From NCBI GenBank assembly GCA_027008775.1, contig JALVDV010000010.1, forward strand, positions 96,529 through 160,528: DNA of 64,000 nucleotides, read 5' to 3'. This document shows, in pieces, positions 30,147 through 38,568 of the stretch. Position numbers and translations under genes: made by a program. The DNA is from Candidatus Moraniibacteriota bacterium (lineage in GTDB: Bacteria > Patescibacteriota > Minisyncoccia > Moranbacterales > DUUL01). Every line of letters starts with the position of its first letter. Within the stretch, counting starts at the first letter, position 1. A model generated the notes under the pieces. It did not search any database, was not told where the DNA came from, and saw nothing but the letters and a program-made list of their open reading frames with translations.

Positions 30147-30173
30147 AAAAAACGGGACTACTCCCGTTTTTTG
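30147..30173. terminator. Bidirectional terminator
   Basis: The hairpin is AAAAAACGGGA-cta-CTCCCGTTTTTT. Confidence 0.75.
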
Positions 30174-30192
30174 TCATAGTGATGAAACAGTA

Positions 30193-30468
30193 TTATTTTT
30201 TTACTGCATCTTTTAAACCTTTGCCGGCTTTGAATTTTGGTACAACTGTGGCGGGAATTTGGATTTTCTCACCGGTAGCCGGATTTACACCTTGACGAGC
30301 AGCTCGCTTGGAAACAGAGAAAGTGCCGAAGCCGGTGAAGGCAACGCTACCTCCCTTTTGTAGCTCGTCAGTGATAACATCCAACAAAGCCGTGACGGCC
30401 AGTTCAGCGTCTCGTTTGCTGAGTCCGGTTTTGTCAGCGACGGCTGCGATAACTTCTTTTTTGTTCAT
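30193..30468 (-). CDS. hup: DNA-binding protein HU
   Basis: The HU signature is present (MNKKEVIAAVADKTGLSKRDAE…GFGTFSVSKRAAR…NPATGE). Confidence 0.92.
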   Translation of the reverse strand: MNKKEVIAAVADKTGLSKRDAELAVTALLDVITDELQKGGSVAFTGFGTFSVSKRAARQGVNPATGEKIQIPATVVPKFKAGKGLKDAVKK

Positions 30469-30611
30469 AGTACTCACCTCTCTTTCTAGAATATTTTTTT
30501 ATTTATTTTCGACCTTGCTTTAAGTATAGCACGAAGCCTTTATTTAAGCCAATAATTGTCCGGGTAATTGTGGATAACTCTGAAGGATAATTTGTTTTAA
30601 TTGAGAAAATT

Positions 30612-32132
30612 CTAGCGGGCATATTCAACCGCTCTGGTTTCTCTGAGAAGATTTACTTTGATTTCTCCCGGATAATCTAAGTCTTCTTCTATTTTTTCCG
30701 CTATTTTTTTGGCCAATTTCAGAGCCCCCAAATCATCAACTTTTTCCGGGTCAACGAACACTCTGATCTCCCGACCGGCTTGGATAGCATAAGATTTATT
30801 TACTTCTTTAAAGCTGTTAGCCACCTCCTCTATTTCCTCAAGGCGTTTTAAGTAATTCTCCAAAGTATCTTTGCGAGCGCCGGGACGGGAAGCACTAAGA
30901 GCGTCGGCGGCGGCCACTATCAAGGCGTAATTATTTTCAAAAGGATAATCCTCGTGATGCGATTTCATGGCGTCAATCACTTCTTGCGGTTGTTTAAATT
31001 TTTTCAGAATACTAATTCCCAGCTCAACGTGGGTCCCCTGGATTTCACTGTCAACCGCTTTGCCAATATCGTGCAACAGTCCGGCTTTTTTAGCCAGATT
31101 GGCGTCCAATCCCAACTCAGAAGCCAAGTAGCCGGCCAGATGAGCCACCTCCAGGGAGTGCAATAGAACATTTTGGCCGAAACTGGTTCGGTAACGCAGG
31201 CGTCCCAACAATTGAGTTAATTTGGGGTCAAAGCCGGTGATACCAACATCGTAAACGGCCGCCTCTCCCGCTTCCATGGCTTTTTTGGAAACAAGTTCTT
31301 TGGCCTCCTTGACCGCTTCTTCAATTTTGGTGGGATGAATACGTCCGTCGGCCAGTAATTTTTCCAAGGCTAATCTAGCCACTTCCCTTCTGACGGGATT
31401 GAAGGCGGAAATAACAATCGCTTCCGGAGTATCATCAACAATAATTTCCGCTCCCGTCAGTCTTTCAATGGCCTTGATATTTCGTCCCTCACGGCCGATA
31501 ATTCTTCCCTTTAAATCATCCGATTCAATGGAAACAGTTGTGGTGGTTGTGTCGGCGCTATGAGAGCCGGCGTAACGTTGCATAGCCAAAGTCATAATAT
31601 CTTTCGCTTTTTCTTCCAAGACCTCCTTTTTTTGTTTTTCCAAGGAACTGATCGCCTTAGTCAACTCGTTCTTGTGCGCTTTTTCCATCAGAGAGATGAG
31701 AGCTTTTTTAGCTTCTTCTTTAGTCATTTTGGCCAATTTTTCCAATTTTTCCACTTGCCGGTTTTTGATTTCCAAGATTTCTTTTTGGATTTTTTTGACC
31801 TGCTTGGCTTTTTGTTTTAATTGATTTTCCTCTTTTTCCAATTTGGCTATTTTTTGGTCAAGCCTTTGTTCTTTCTGCTCTAGGCGATCCTCTCTCTGCT
31901 GGATAGCGTTTCTTCTTTTTAACTCTTCTTTTTTGGTTTCCTCTAAAATTCTGACCGCTTTACTCTTGGCATCCAAGAGTTTTTCCTTGGCTTTAATTTT
32001 CGCCTCTTCCAGCAGACTGTTGGCCTTGCTCTCAGCGCTGTCAATTTTCTTGCCGACGATTATTTTTCGTAATAAATAACCCAAAAAGCCGCCTACCAGA
32101 AAACTTACCGTCAGGAAAAGTATGCTATTCAT
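30612..32132 (-). CDS. rny: Ribonuclease Y
   Basis: It has an N-terminal TM segment, a coiled coil, a KH domain and an HD domain (LLHDIGKA). Confidence 0.9.
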   Translation of the reverse strand: MNSILFLTVSFLVGGFLGYLLRKIIVGKKIDSAESKANSLLEEAKIKAKEKLLDAKSKAVRILEETKKEELKRRNAIQQREDRLEQKEQRLDQKIAKLEKEENQLKQKAKQVKKIQKEILEIKNRQVEKLEKLAKMTKEEAKKALISLMEKAHKNELTKAISSLEKQKKEVLEEKAKDIMTLAMQRYAGSHSADTTTTTVSIESDDLKGRIIGREGRNIKAIERLTGAEIIVDDTPEAIVISAFNPVRREVARLALEKLLADGRIHPTKIEEAVKEAKELVSKKAMEAGEAAVYDVGITGFDPKLTQLLGRLRYRTSFGQNVLLHSLEVAHLAGYLASELGLDANLAKKAGLLHDIGKAVDSEIQGTHVELGISILKKFKQPQEVIDAMKSHHEDYPFENNYALIVAAADALSASRPGARKDTLENYLKRLEEIEEVANSFKEVNKSYAIQAGREIRVFVDPEKVDDLGALKLAKKIAEKIEEDLDYPGEIKVNLLRETRAVEYAR

Positions 32133-32595
32133 TTATGTTTGACATGCAACTGCAGTCACCAAGAACTCTTACCACCTTATTTCAGGTAGCGCTTCAAAGT
32201 TTGTATTTTTTCAGTGATAATTTGTCTCATTGTCTCTTTGAATTTTTAACCTCTGGTTCTCTTCATTGGTATCCTCCGAGTGTGTCTGCAATTACATTGC
32301 GATTAAATATTAACTCTTCTGCTCTAAAACTCTTGTTTAGTGTAAACTTTTTTCTCTTTGTTGTCAATTGACCTTTTTTAGTGCTATACTGTCCCTGTGA
32401 TAAACTCATTTAGGGTTTTCTTTCCTAATGCTTAGTCAAGCTTTTCGGATCTCATTTTCTACCTGATGTTTGACACTTTGTTGATTAAAGAAGGAGTCAA
32501 ACATGTGTCCGAAAATAACATTCGGAAAGCTTGACGGACAAGGGGTTTATTGGGAGAGCCCCGAATGAGTTAGATAAATAACTAAAAACTTAAAA

Positions 32596-34170
32596 ATGGC
32601 AAATTACAAACCGGTGGTGCTGGTTGTTTTGGATGGTTGGGGTGAAACGGAAGAAACGGAAGGAAACCCCTTTGTAAAAGCAAAATTACCAACGGTGGAC
32701 AAATTAAATAAGTTTTACCCCAAGATTTTATTAAAGGCTTCCGGTCTGGCAGTAGGAGTGCCTTGGGGTGAAGTGGGAAATTCCGAAGTTGGGCACCAAG
32801 CTTTGGGAAGTGGACAGATAAAGTATCAAAATTTACCGAGAATCAGTTTGGCAATTGAAAGCGGAGAATTTTTTGAAAATAAAAACCTTGTTGAACCGAT
32901 GCAACGTTGCCGGCAGGAAGGCAAAAAATTTCATATTTTAGGGCTTTTGAGCGATGGTGGAGTCCATTCTCATATAGATCACTATTTGGCTGCTTTAGAG
33001 ATGGCTAAACAACAAGGCTTGAAGGAAGTTTATTTGCATGTCATAACAGACGGCCGAGACACTCCTCCGGATAGTAGTTTGAAATTTATCAAACGTTTAA
33101 GGGAAAAGATTGACGAGGTTGATTTGGGAGAGATTGCTACGGTGGTGGGTCGCTATTATGCCATGGACAGAAATAACAATTGGGACAGGACAGAAAAGGC
33201 TTATTTGGCCATGACGGCCGGAGTGGGAAATAAAACTTTTGATCCGGAATCCTTAATTGAAAAATGGCATCAAGAAGGCAAATCGGATGAGTTTTTGGAG
33301 CCGATAGTGGTAACTGATAAAAAAGAAAATCCGGTCGCCACGGTAACAGATGGAGATTATGTTTTCTTTATCAATTTCCGCAGTGACCGAGCCAAACAAA
33401 TTACCAGAGCTTTCACTGAAGAAAATTTTGACAAATTTTCTCCGACTACCAAACGACCTAAGGTTTTCTTTATTGCCATGGTGCAATATGATAAAAATAT
33501 CAAGGTTGACGCTATCGCTTTTCCTCCAGAGAAAATTACCGTTACCTTGGGCAGCGTCCTGGCAGCGCATAATAAGCGACAATTGCGTTTAGCGGAAACG
33601 GAAAAATACGCTCATGTTACCTATTTTTTTAATGCCGGCAAGGAAGGTCCTTATCCGGGCGAAGACCGAATAGTTATTCCTTCTAAGAATGTCCCTTCTT
33701 ACGACAAGTTACCGGAAATGAGCGCCCCGGAAATTACGGAAACTCTAATCGGCAAAGTTAATGAAGGAATTTATGACTTTATCTTAGTAAACTACGCCAA
33801 CGCCGACATGGTTGGGCACACCGGCAATGAAGAGGCTTGTATTAAAGCGATTGAATGTTTGGATAGATGTTTGGCGCAAATTATTCCTCCTGTTTTGGAA
33901 AGAAATGGTTGCTTGTTGATAACGGCCGACCATGGCAATGTGGAGGAATTGATAAATTTGAAAACCCACGGCAAAGACACTGAGCATTCCAGCAATCCTG
34001 TTCCGCTTTGGTATGTCACTCCCACCAATCATCGCGAAAAAAGCGAAGAAGAAATGATTGCCACCGTTCAAGGTTTTTTATGTGATGTAGCTCCGACTGT
34101 TTTGGAAATTATGGATATTCCAAAACCCCCGGAGATGACTTGTACAAGTTTGTTGCCACTTTTGCAATAG
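32596..34170 (+). CDS. gpmI: 2,3-bisphosphoglycerate-independent phosphoglycerate mutase
   Basis: The iPGM N-terminus is present (VVLVVLDGWGE). Confidence 0.92.
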   Translation: MANYKPVVLVVLDGWGETEETEGNPFVKAKLPTVDKLNKFYPKILLKASGLAVGVPWGEVGNSEVGHQALGSGQIKYQNLPRISLAIESGEFFENKNLVEPMQRCRQEGKKFHILGLLSDGGVHSHIDHYLAALEMAKQQGLKEVYLHVITDGRDTPPDSSLKFIKRLREKIDEVDLGEIATVVGRYYAMDRNNNWDRTEKAYLAMTAGVGNKTFDPESLIEKWHQEGKSDEFLEPIVVTDKKENPVATVTDGDYVFFINFRSDRAKQITRAFTEENFDKFSPTTKRPKVFFIAMVQYDKNIKVDAIAFPPEKITVTLGSVLAAHNKRQLRLAETEKYAHVTYFFNAGKEGPYPGEDRIVIPSKNVPSYDKLPEMSAPEITETLIGKVNEGIYDFILVNYANADMVGHTGNEEACIKAIECLDRCLAQIIPPVLERNGCLLITADHGNVEELINLKTHGKDTEHSSNPVPLWYVTPTNHREKSEEEMIATVQGFLCDVAPTVLEIMDIPKPPEMTCTSLLPLLQ

Positions 34171-34372
34171 GCAGAGTTTTCTGTAAAATCGGTTTTTTAC
34201 GACTGGAACGGTTTTCAAGTTGTTTTAGGACGCACTCTTTACGAACTATTTTCTCCAGAGAGTTTCGTCGCAACGTTGTTTTTCAATTATAGTCCGGTTA
34301 CGTCTGGTTTTCCTGATTGAATAAAAGCAAGCCGTTGAAGGCCTGTCTTTGATCGGTTTAGTTTGCAGGTTT

Positions 34373-35236
34373 TTAATTTTGAATGGCGTTGAAAAACATC
34401 TCAATTTTTTCCTCTACCTTGATTTGCACCGATTCCCTGGCTACTTCAAGAATTTTGCGCGGATCAATCAGATCGCATTTGGGAATTACTTTGTTGCAAA
34501 CCGCGCTGATAAAAGCCAGTCGCAAATCGGTGTCAACATTAAAGCAGACGATGCCGCGACTAACGGCATTTTTAACTTTCTCTTTATCCCAATCGGAAGC
34601 GCCGTGCATAATCAGGGGGGTTTTAGGAATTAGTTTTTTTATTTTTTCCAACCTCTCCCAATCCGGAACTTTTCTCTCTCTAAAGAAACCGTGAGCGTTG
34701 CCAATGCCAACCGCCAGGGCGTCAATGCCCGTTTCTTCAACCAATCTTTTTGCTTCTTCAGGTTTCGTCATCACTTCTTCCCAACTAACGGTTTGCCCGT
34801 CTCGGCCAATGTAAGGCACTCGTCCCAGTTCTGCTTGAACAGCTACACCCTTTTGGTGCGCATAGTCAACGACCATTTTTGTTAGAGCAATATTTTCTTC
34901 CAGACTTTTTGTGGAAGCGTCTATCATAACCGAATCAACTCCCAATTTGTCAATCGCCACTTTAACATCGGCAAAACTTTTTCCGTGATCCAGATGAAAA
35001 CCTATTTTGGCTTTGCCGGAATTATACTCAATTGTCTTTTGAACAATGGCTCCAATAATATCTTCGCCGACGTACTCAATGGAAGTGGGAGTAACTTGGA
35101 TAATACAATTTTTTTTCAAATGTCTGGCCGCCCCGGCAATGCCTTGACCGATTTCTGTGATGGAAGTATTGAAGGCTCCCACGGCGTAACCGCTGCGACC
35201 GGCTTCGTGTAAAATATCTATTGTTTTTCCTCTCAT
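34373..35236 (-). CDS. fba: Class II fructose-bisphosphate aldolase
   Basis: The class II FBA motif HLDHG is present. Confidence 0.85.
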   Translation of the reverse strand: MRGKTIDILHEAGRSGYAVGAFNTSITEIGQGIAGAARHLKKNCIIQVTPTSIEYVGEDIIGAIVQKTIEYNSGKAKIGFHLDHGKSFADVKVAIDKLGVDSVMIDASTKSLEENIALTKMVVDYAHQKGVAVQAELGRVPYIGRDGQTVSWEEVMTKPEEAKRLVEETGIDALAVGIGNAHGFFRERKVPDWERLEKIKKLIPKTPLIMHGASDWDKEKVKNAVSRGIVCFNVDTDLRLAFISAVCNKVIPKCDLIDPRKILEVARESVQIKVEEKIEMFFNAIQN

Positions 35237-35257
35237 TTTTTCTATTTTTATCGGTTT

Positions 35258-36043
35258 TTAAGCCTCTATTTTTTCCACCAGTCCCAATAATTCTTCCGGC
35301 ACAAGACTGATTTTGCCGACCAGAACACCATCCATGGCGCTATTTAAGCATGTTTCTCGGATATTCTGCGGATTGACACTGCCACCATAGAGTATTTTCA
35401 CCTGATCGGCTCCTTTCTGTCCATATTTTTCCACCAAAACTTTACGAATAAGCAATCTGGCCGTCATAATTTCATCGCTACTGGGTAAGGCAGTCGGTTT
35501 ATTGGTGCTGATGGCCCAAACCGGTTCATAACAAATCAATAAGCGACTAAGTTGTCCAACCGGCAGATCTTTTAAGCAACCATCCAACTGTTTAGCGATT
35601 ACTCGGGCAGTTTGCTCTTTTTTTCTTTCTTCTAAGTCTTCTCCCACGCAAACTATTGTTTTCAGACCAACCTTAGTGGCAGTTTTTAGTTTTAAGTTAA
35701 TCATATCGTCTGTCTCAGTAAAATATTTGCGACGCTCGCTGTGACCGAGAATGACATAATCTCCACCAAAATTTTTGATACCGGCCGGGCTGTTGGCCCC
35801 GGTGTAGGCGCCTTTTCTTTCCCAAAAACAATCCTGAGCGCCCAGAGCAATATTTTTTTCTTTGGTTTTCTGAACAAAAATTCCAAAGTGCTGAAGGGGT
35901 GGGCAGAGAACGAGTTGGGTTTTTAGAAAAGTGATTTTTTTCTTGTTAAACAAGAATCTCTCCAACCAATTTTCCAATTCAAACGGCAAAACCAAGTTCA
36001 TTTTGAAGTTAGCCACCACTATTTTTTTTTGTTCAATCATCAC
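35258..36043 (-). CDS. tpiA: Triosephosphate isomerase
   Basis: The TIM motifs ANFKMN, ILGHSERR and YEPVWAI are present. Confidence 0.9.
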   Translation of the reverse strand: MMIEQKKIVVANFKMNLVLPFELENWLERFLFNKKKITFLKTQLVLCPPLQHFGIFVQKTKEKNIALGAQDCFWERKGAYTGANSPAGIKNFGGDYVILGHSERRKYFTETDDMINLKLKTATKVGLKTIVCVGEDLEERKKEQTARVIAKQLDGCLKDLPVGQLSRLLICYEPVWAISTNKPTALPSSDEIMTARLLIRKVLVEKYGQKGADQVKILYGGSVNPQNIRETCLNSAMDGVLVGKISLVPEELLGLVEKIEA

Positions 36044-36141
36044 TTTAATACTTAGAAATAAACCGGGAAGTTTTTGAAAAGATTTTTAAAAGGGATAAGG
36101 AGGTGATAAAGCTATTTTCCTTGTTTTTTTATTGAACTGCC

Positions 36142-36633
36142 CTAATGAATAAAACCTGCTGTTAAAACTGTGACTATTAGCCCGGCCGTTATTATTCCCC
36201 CGGCAATGACGGGTAAGGCTTTTTTTCTTTCAATATTGAAAAGAAAAGCCGCTAAAACACCCGTCCACCCTCCTGTCATCGGTAAAGGGATGGCCACCAA
36301 AAGGAACAATCCCCAGAGGCCGTACTTTTTAATCTGCTTGTGTGTTTTTCGGTGAGTGCGACGAAAAAGCCAATTGAAAAATTTTTCTCCCCAAGAAAAT
36401 TTCTCAGAAACAAATTTTATCAGCCATTCCAAAATGATATCCAAAAGAAAAACGATAACAATGTTCCCACTTACCGCCCAGAAAAAAGCTGAGGCAATAC
36501 TTAGGTGAAAATAACCAATAGCTAGAGGAATAGCCCCTCTCAGTTCAAAAATCGGCACCATTCCGGCGATGAAGGTAATCAATTCTGGAGGAAGATTGGG
36601 AAATAAATTGGCAAAACTTTGGCTGTCTATCAT
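36142..36633 (-). CDS. Putative small multidrug export protein (Sm_multidrug_ex family)
   Basis: It has four TM helices and an IPLPMTGGWTG motif. Confidence 0.6.
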   Translation of the reverse strand: MIDSQSFANLFPNLPPELITFIAGMVPIFELRGAIPLAIGYFHLSIASAFFWAVSGNIVIVFLLDIILEWLIKFVSEKFSWGEKFFNWLFRRTHRKTHKQIKKYGLWGLFLLVAIPLPMTGGWTGVLAAFLFNIERKKALPVIAGGIITAGLIVTVLTAGFIH

Positions 36634-36649
36634 AAATTTCTCTTAGCCT

Positions 36650-38404
36650 CTACACCACCCCTTTTTTCTTCATAAAGGCCAAGATACCAACGGTGATTAA
36701 GGTAGAGAAGAGAACCAAGAGAACAATGTTGGTGGCCAAACCGGTCTTGGGAGCGGAGCGACGGTAACCAAAGTCAGCCTTGGTGTGTTCGTCTTTTTCT
36801 TTGAGTTTAACAGAGGTTTGGTTGTCCAGTTTACCATCGGGGTCGTAGGTTGGAATTAGATTCTCAACATCTTTAACTACCACCCGATAATGTCCGGAGC
36901 AAAGATTCTTAATCTTGTAACGACCATGTTTGTCAGTGGTGTCACAGTATTTCTTGTTACCGCGAAAAGCGCAGACTTTAACATCAGAAATTCCTTCTTC
37001 AATATCTTCTTGAATACCGTTACCATTGGTGTCATACCAAATATAGTTGCCAATGGAAGATTGACAATCTTCTTCCTCTTCTTTTCTTTCTTCTTTGAGT
37101 TTGACGGTAACCTGATCAGAGTCGGTAATGGTTTTGGAACCAAGCTTGGCGGTAACCGTTACTTTGTTGGTGGTATCTTGGTTGATGACCACTGACTTGG
37201 TACAACTCATAGCTTCGCCAACATTCAAAGAAGTCTGGGGACAGGTGATGGTTCCCAATTGATCATCTTGAACTTGAATGTTGGTTAGTTTAGTGTCGCC
37301 GGTGTTAGTGATACGATAAGTGTAAGTGACTGTTTCTCCTTTTTTTACTTCAGTGGCGGAAGCGCTTTTTTCAACTCTAACGCCGGTGTTTTCTTTTTGA
37401 CAAACACTACTGCAACCATCGCCACTGACAGTGTTGCCGTCATCGCATTCTTCGGAGTCTTGTTTAAGGCCGTCTCCGCATTTACCTCCTTGAACAACTA
37501 CGTTTTTACAGTCACTGGAACAATAGGTACAAGAACTGTTGTAAGCCGGGGTACAAGTTTGGCCGTTGTTAGCGCCTTCATCGCATTGTTCGCCACTTTC
37601 TTTGGTGCCATTACCACAGTTGGGAGAAGGAGAAGTTTCTTTTTGACAAACACTACTACAACCATCGCCACTGACAGTGTTGCCGTCATCGCATTCTTCT
37701 CCGTCTTCCAAAACTCCGTTACCACATTGGGGAGAAGGAGTTTCATTAACTTTCTCCAAAAGCATACAAACGGGCTCAAAGCCGTGTTTGAACTTTACTC
37801 CCTTGGGTCCGGCGTGGACCACTTTGATTTGGCGCAAAGGAGAAGTTATTTGCAGAGCAGAGGAACCATAGTTAACAGCAGTGATTTTACCGGCTTCTTC
37901 CACGCCATCGGGCAGGTCTTCCGTTGTGCCGGAACGAACTCCGTTAAAGTCTATGTAGTACTGTTCGTGAGATTCATCAGCCGGGTTGGCTTGACTGCGA
38001 CCGACATAGCTGTCAAAGGATTCCAGATAAACGTTGTACTTGCCGGCGGGGATGGAGATTCCAGAAACAGTCTTTTCCCTGGGGAAATTGTGACCGTTTA
38101 AAACTCCGCCGTCGGAAACCATAATGTCACCATTGTACTTGATAAGGATATCCCCTTGTTTCTTGGTTTGCAGATGACAAACTCCGGAACAGTGATTGGC
38201 CAGATAAGTGGTGGTTTGGCGAAGGTCTTGGTTGAGAGAAGCAATCTTTTGGTTTTGCGACTGAAGGAGAACAGCGCCGAAAGCCAACAAAACAATCAGC
38301 AATAAAAAGATTCCTCCCACCAAGAGAGGTTTACGCCAAGACCATTGGTAACGAGAAGAACGGCGAGATCTTCTTGGACCACTGCTTTTTTTTCTTTGCA
38401 CCAT
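36650..38404 (-). CDS. Surface protein with Myxococcus-type Cys-rich repeats, a DUF11 domain, an SdrD-B-like domain and a C-terminal sortase-type sorting signal (copy A)
   Basis: An N-terminal TM/signal segment is followed by two CDDGNTVSGDGCSSVC repeats and then an SdrD-B-like domain. The C-terminus carries a sortase-type signal: SAPKTGLAT, a hydrophobic stretch, then KKKGVV. Confidence 0.7.
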   Translation of the reverse strand: MVQRKKSSGPRRSRRSSRYQWSWRKPLLVGGIFLLLIVLLAFGAVLLQSQNQKIASLNQDLRQTTTYLANHCSGVCHLQTKKQGDILIKYNGDIMVSDGGVLNGHNFPREKTVSGISIPAGKYNVYLESFDSYVGRSQANPADESHEQYYIDFNGVRSGTTEDLPDGVEEAGKITAVNYGSSALQITSPLRQIKVVHAGPKGVKFKHGFEPVCMLLEKVNETPSPQCGNGVLEDGEECDDGNTVSGDGCSSVCQKETSPSPNCGNGTKESGEQCDEGANNGQTCTPAYNSSCTYCSSDCKNVVVQGGKCGDGLKQDSEECDDGNTVSGDGCSSVCQKENTGVRVEKSASATEVKKGETVTYTYRITNTGDTKLTNIQVQDDQLGTITCPQTSLNVGEAMSCTKSVVINQDTTNKVTVTAKLGSKTITDSDQVTVKLKEERKEEEEDCQSSIGNYIWYDTNGNGIQEDIEEGISDVKVCAFRGNKKYCDTTDKHGRYKIKNLCSGHYRVVVKDVENLIPTYDPDGKLDNQTSVKLKEKDEHTKADFGYRRSAPKTGLATNIVLLVLFSTLITVGILAFMKKKGVV

Positions 38405-38490
38405 GCTATTTGTTTTTATTTTTTAAGGAAAAGCAAAAAGACAATTCTTTCTTTGCTTAGATTTTAACATAAAAGGGAATTGGGGGCAAT
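36654..38490 (-). repeat. 1.84-kb direct repeat, copy A (gene plus about 90 bp of promoter region)
   Basis: It is near-identical to 58303..60140 in the same orientation. Confidence 0.95.
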
Positions 38491-38568
38491 GGATTCTGGA
38501 AATTTCCAGGGAATATCTTTCTATCAACAAATACACCGAATGCTTACTATCTCCAGGTATAGTTATAC

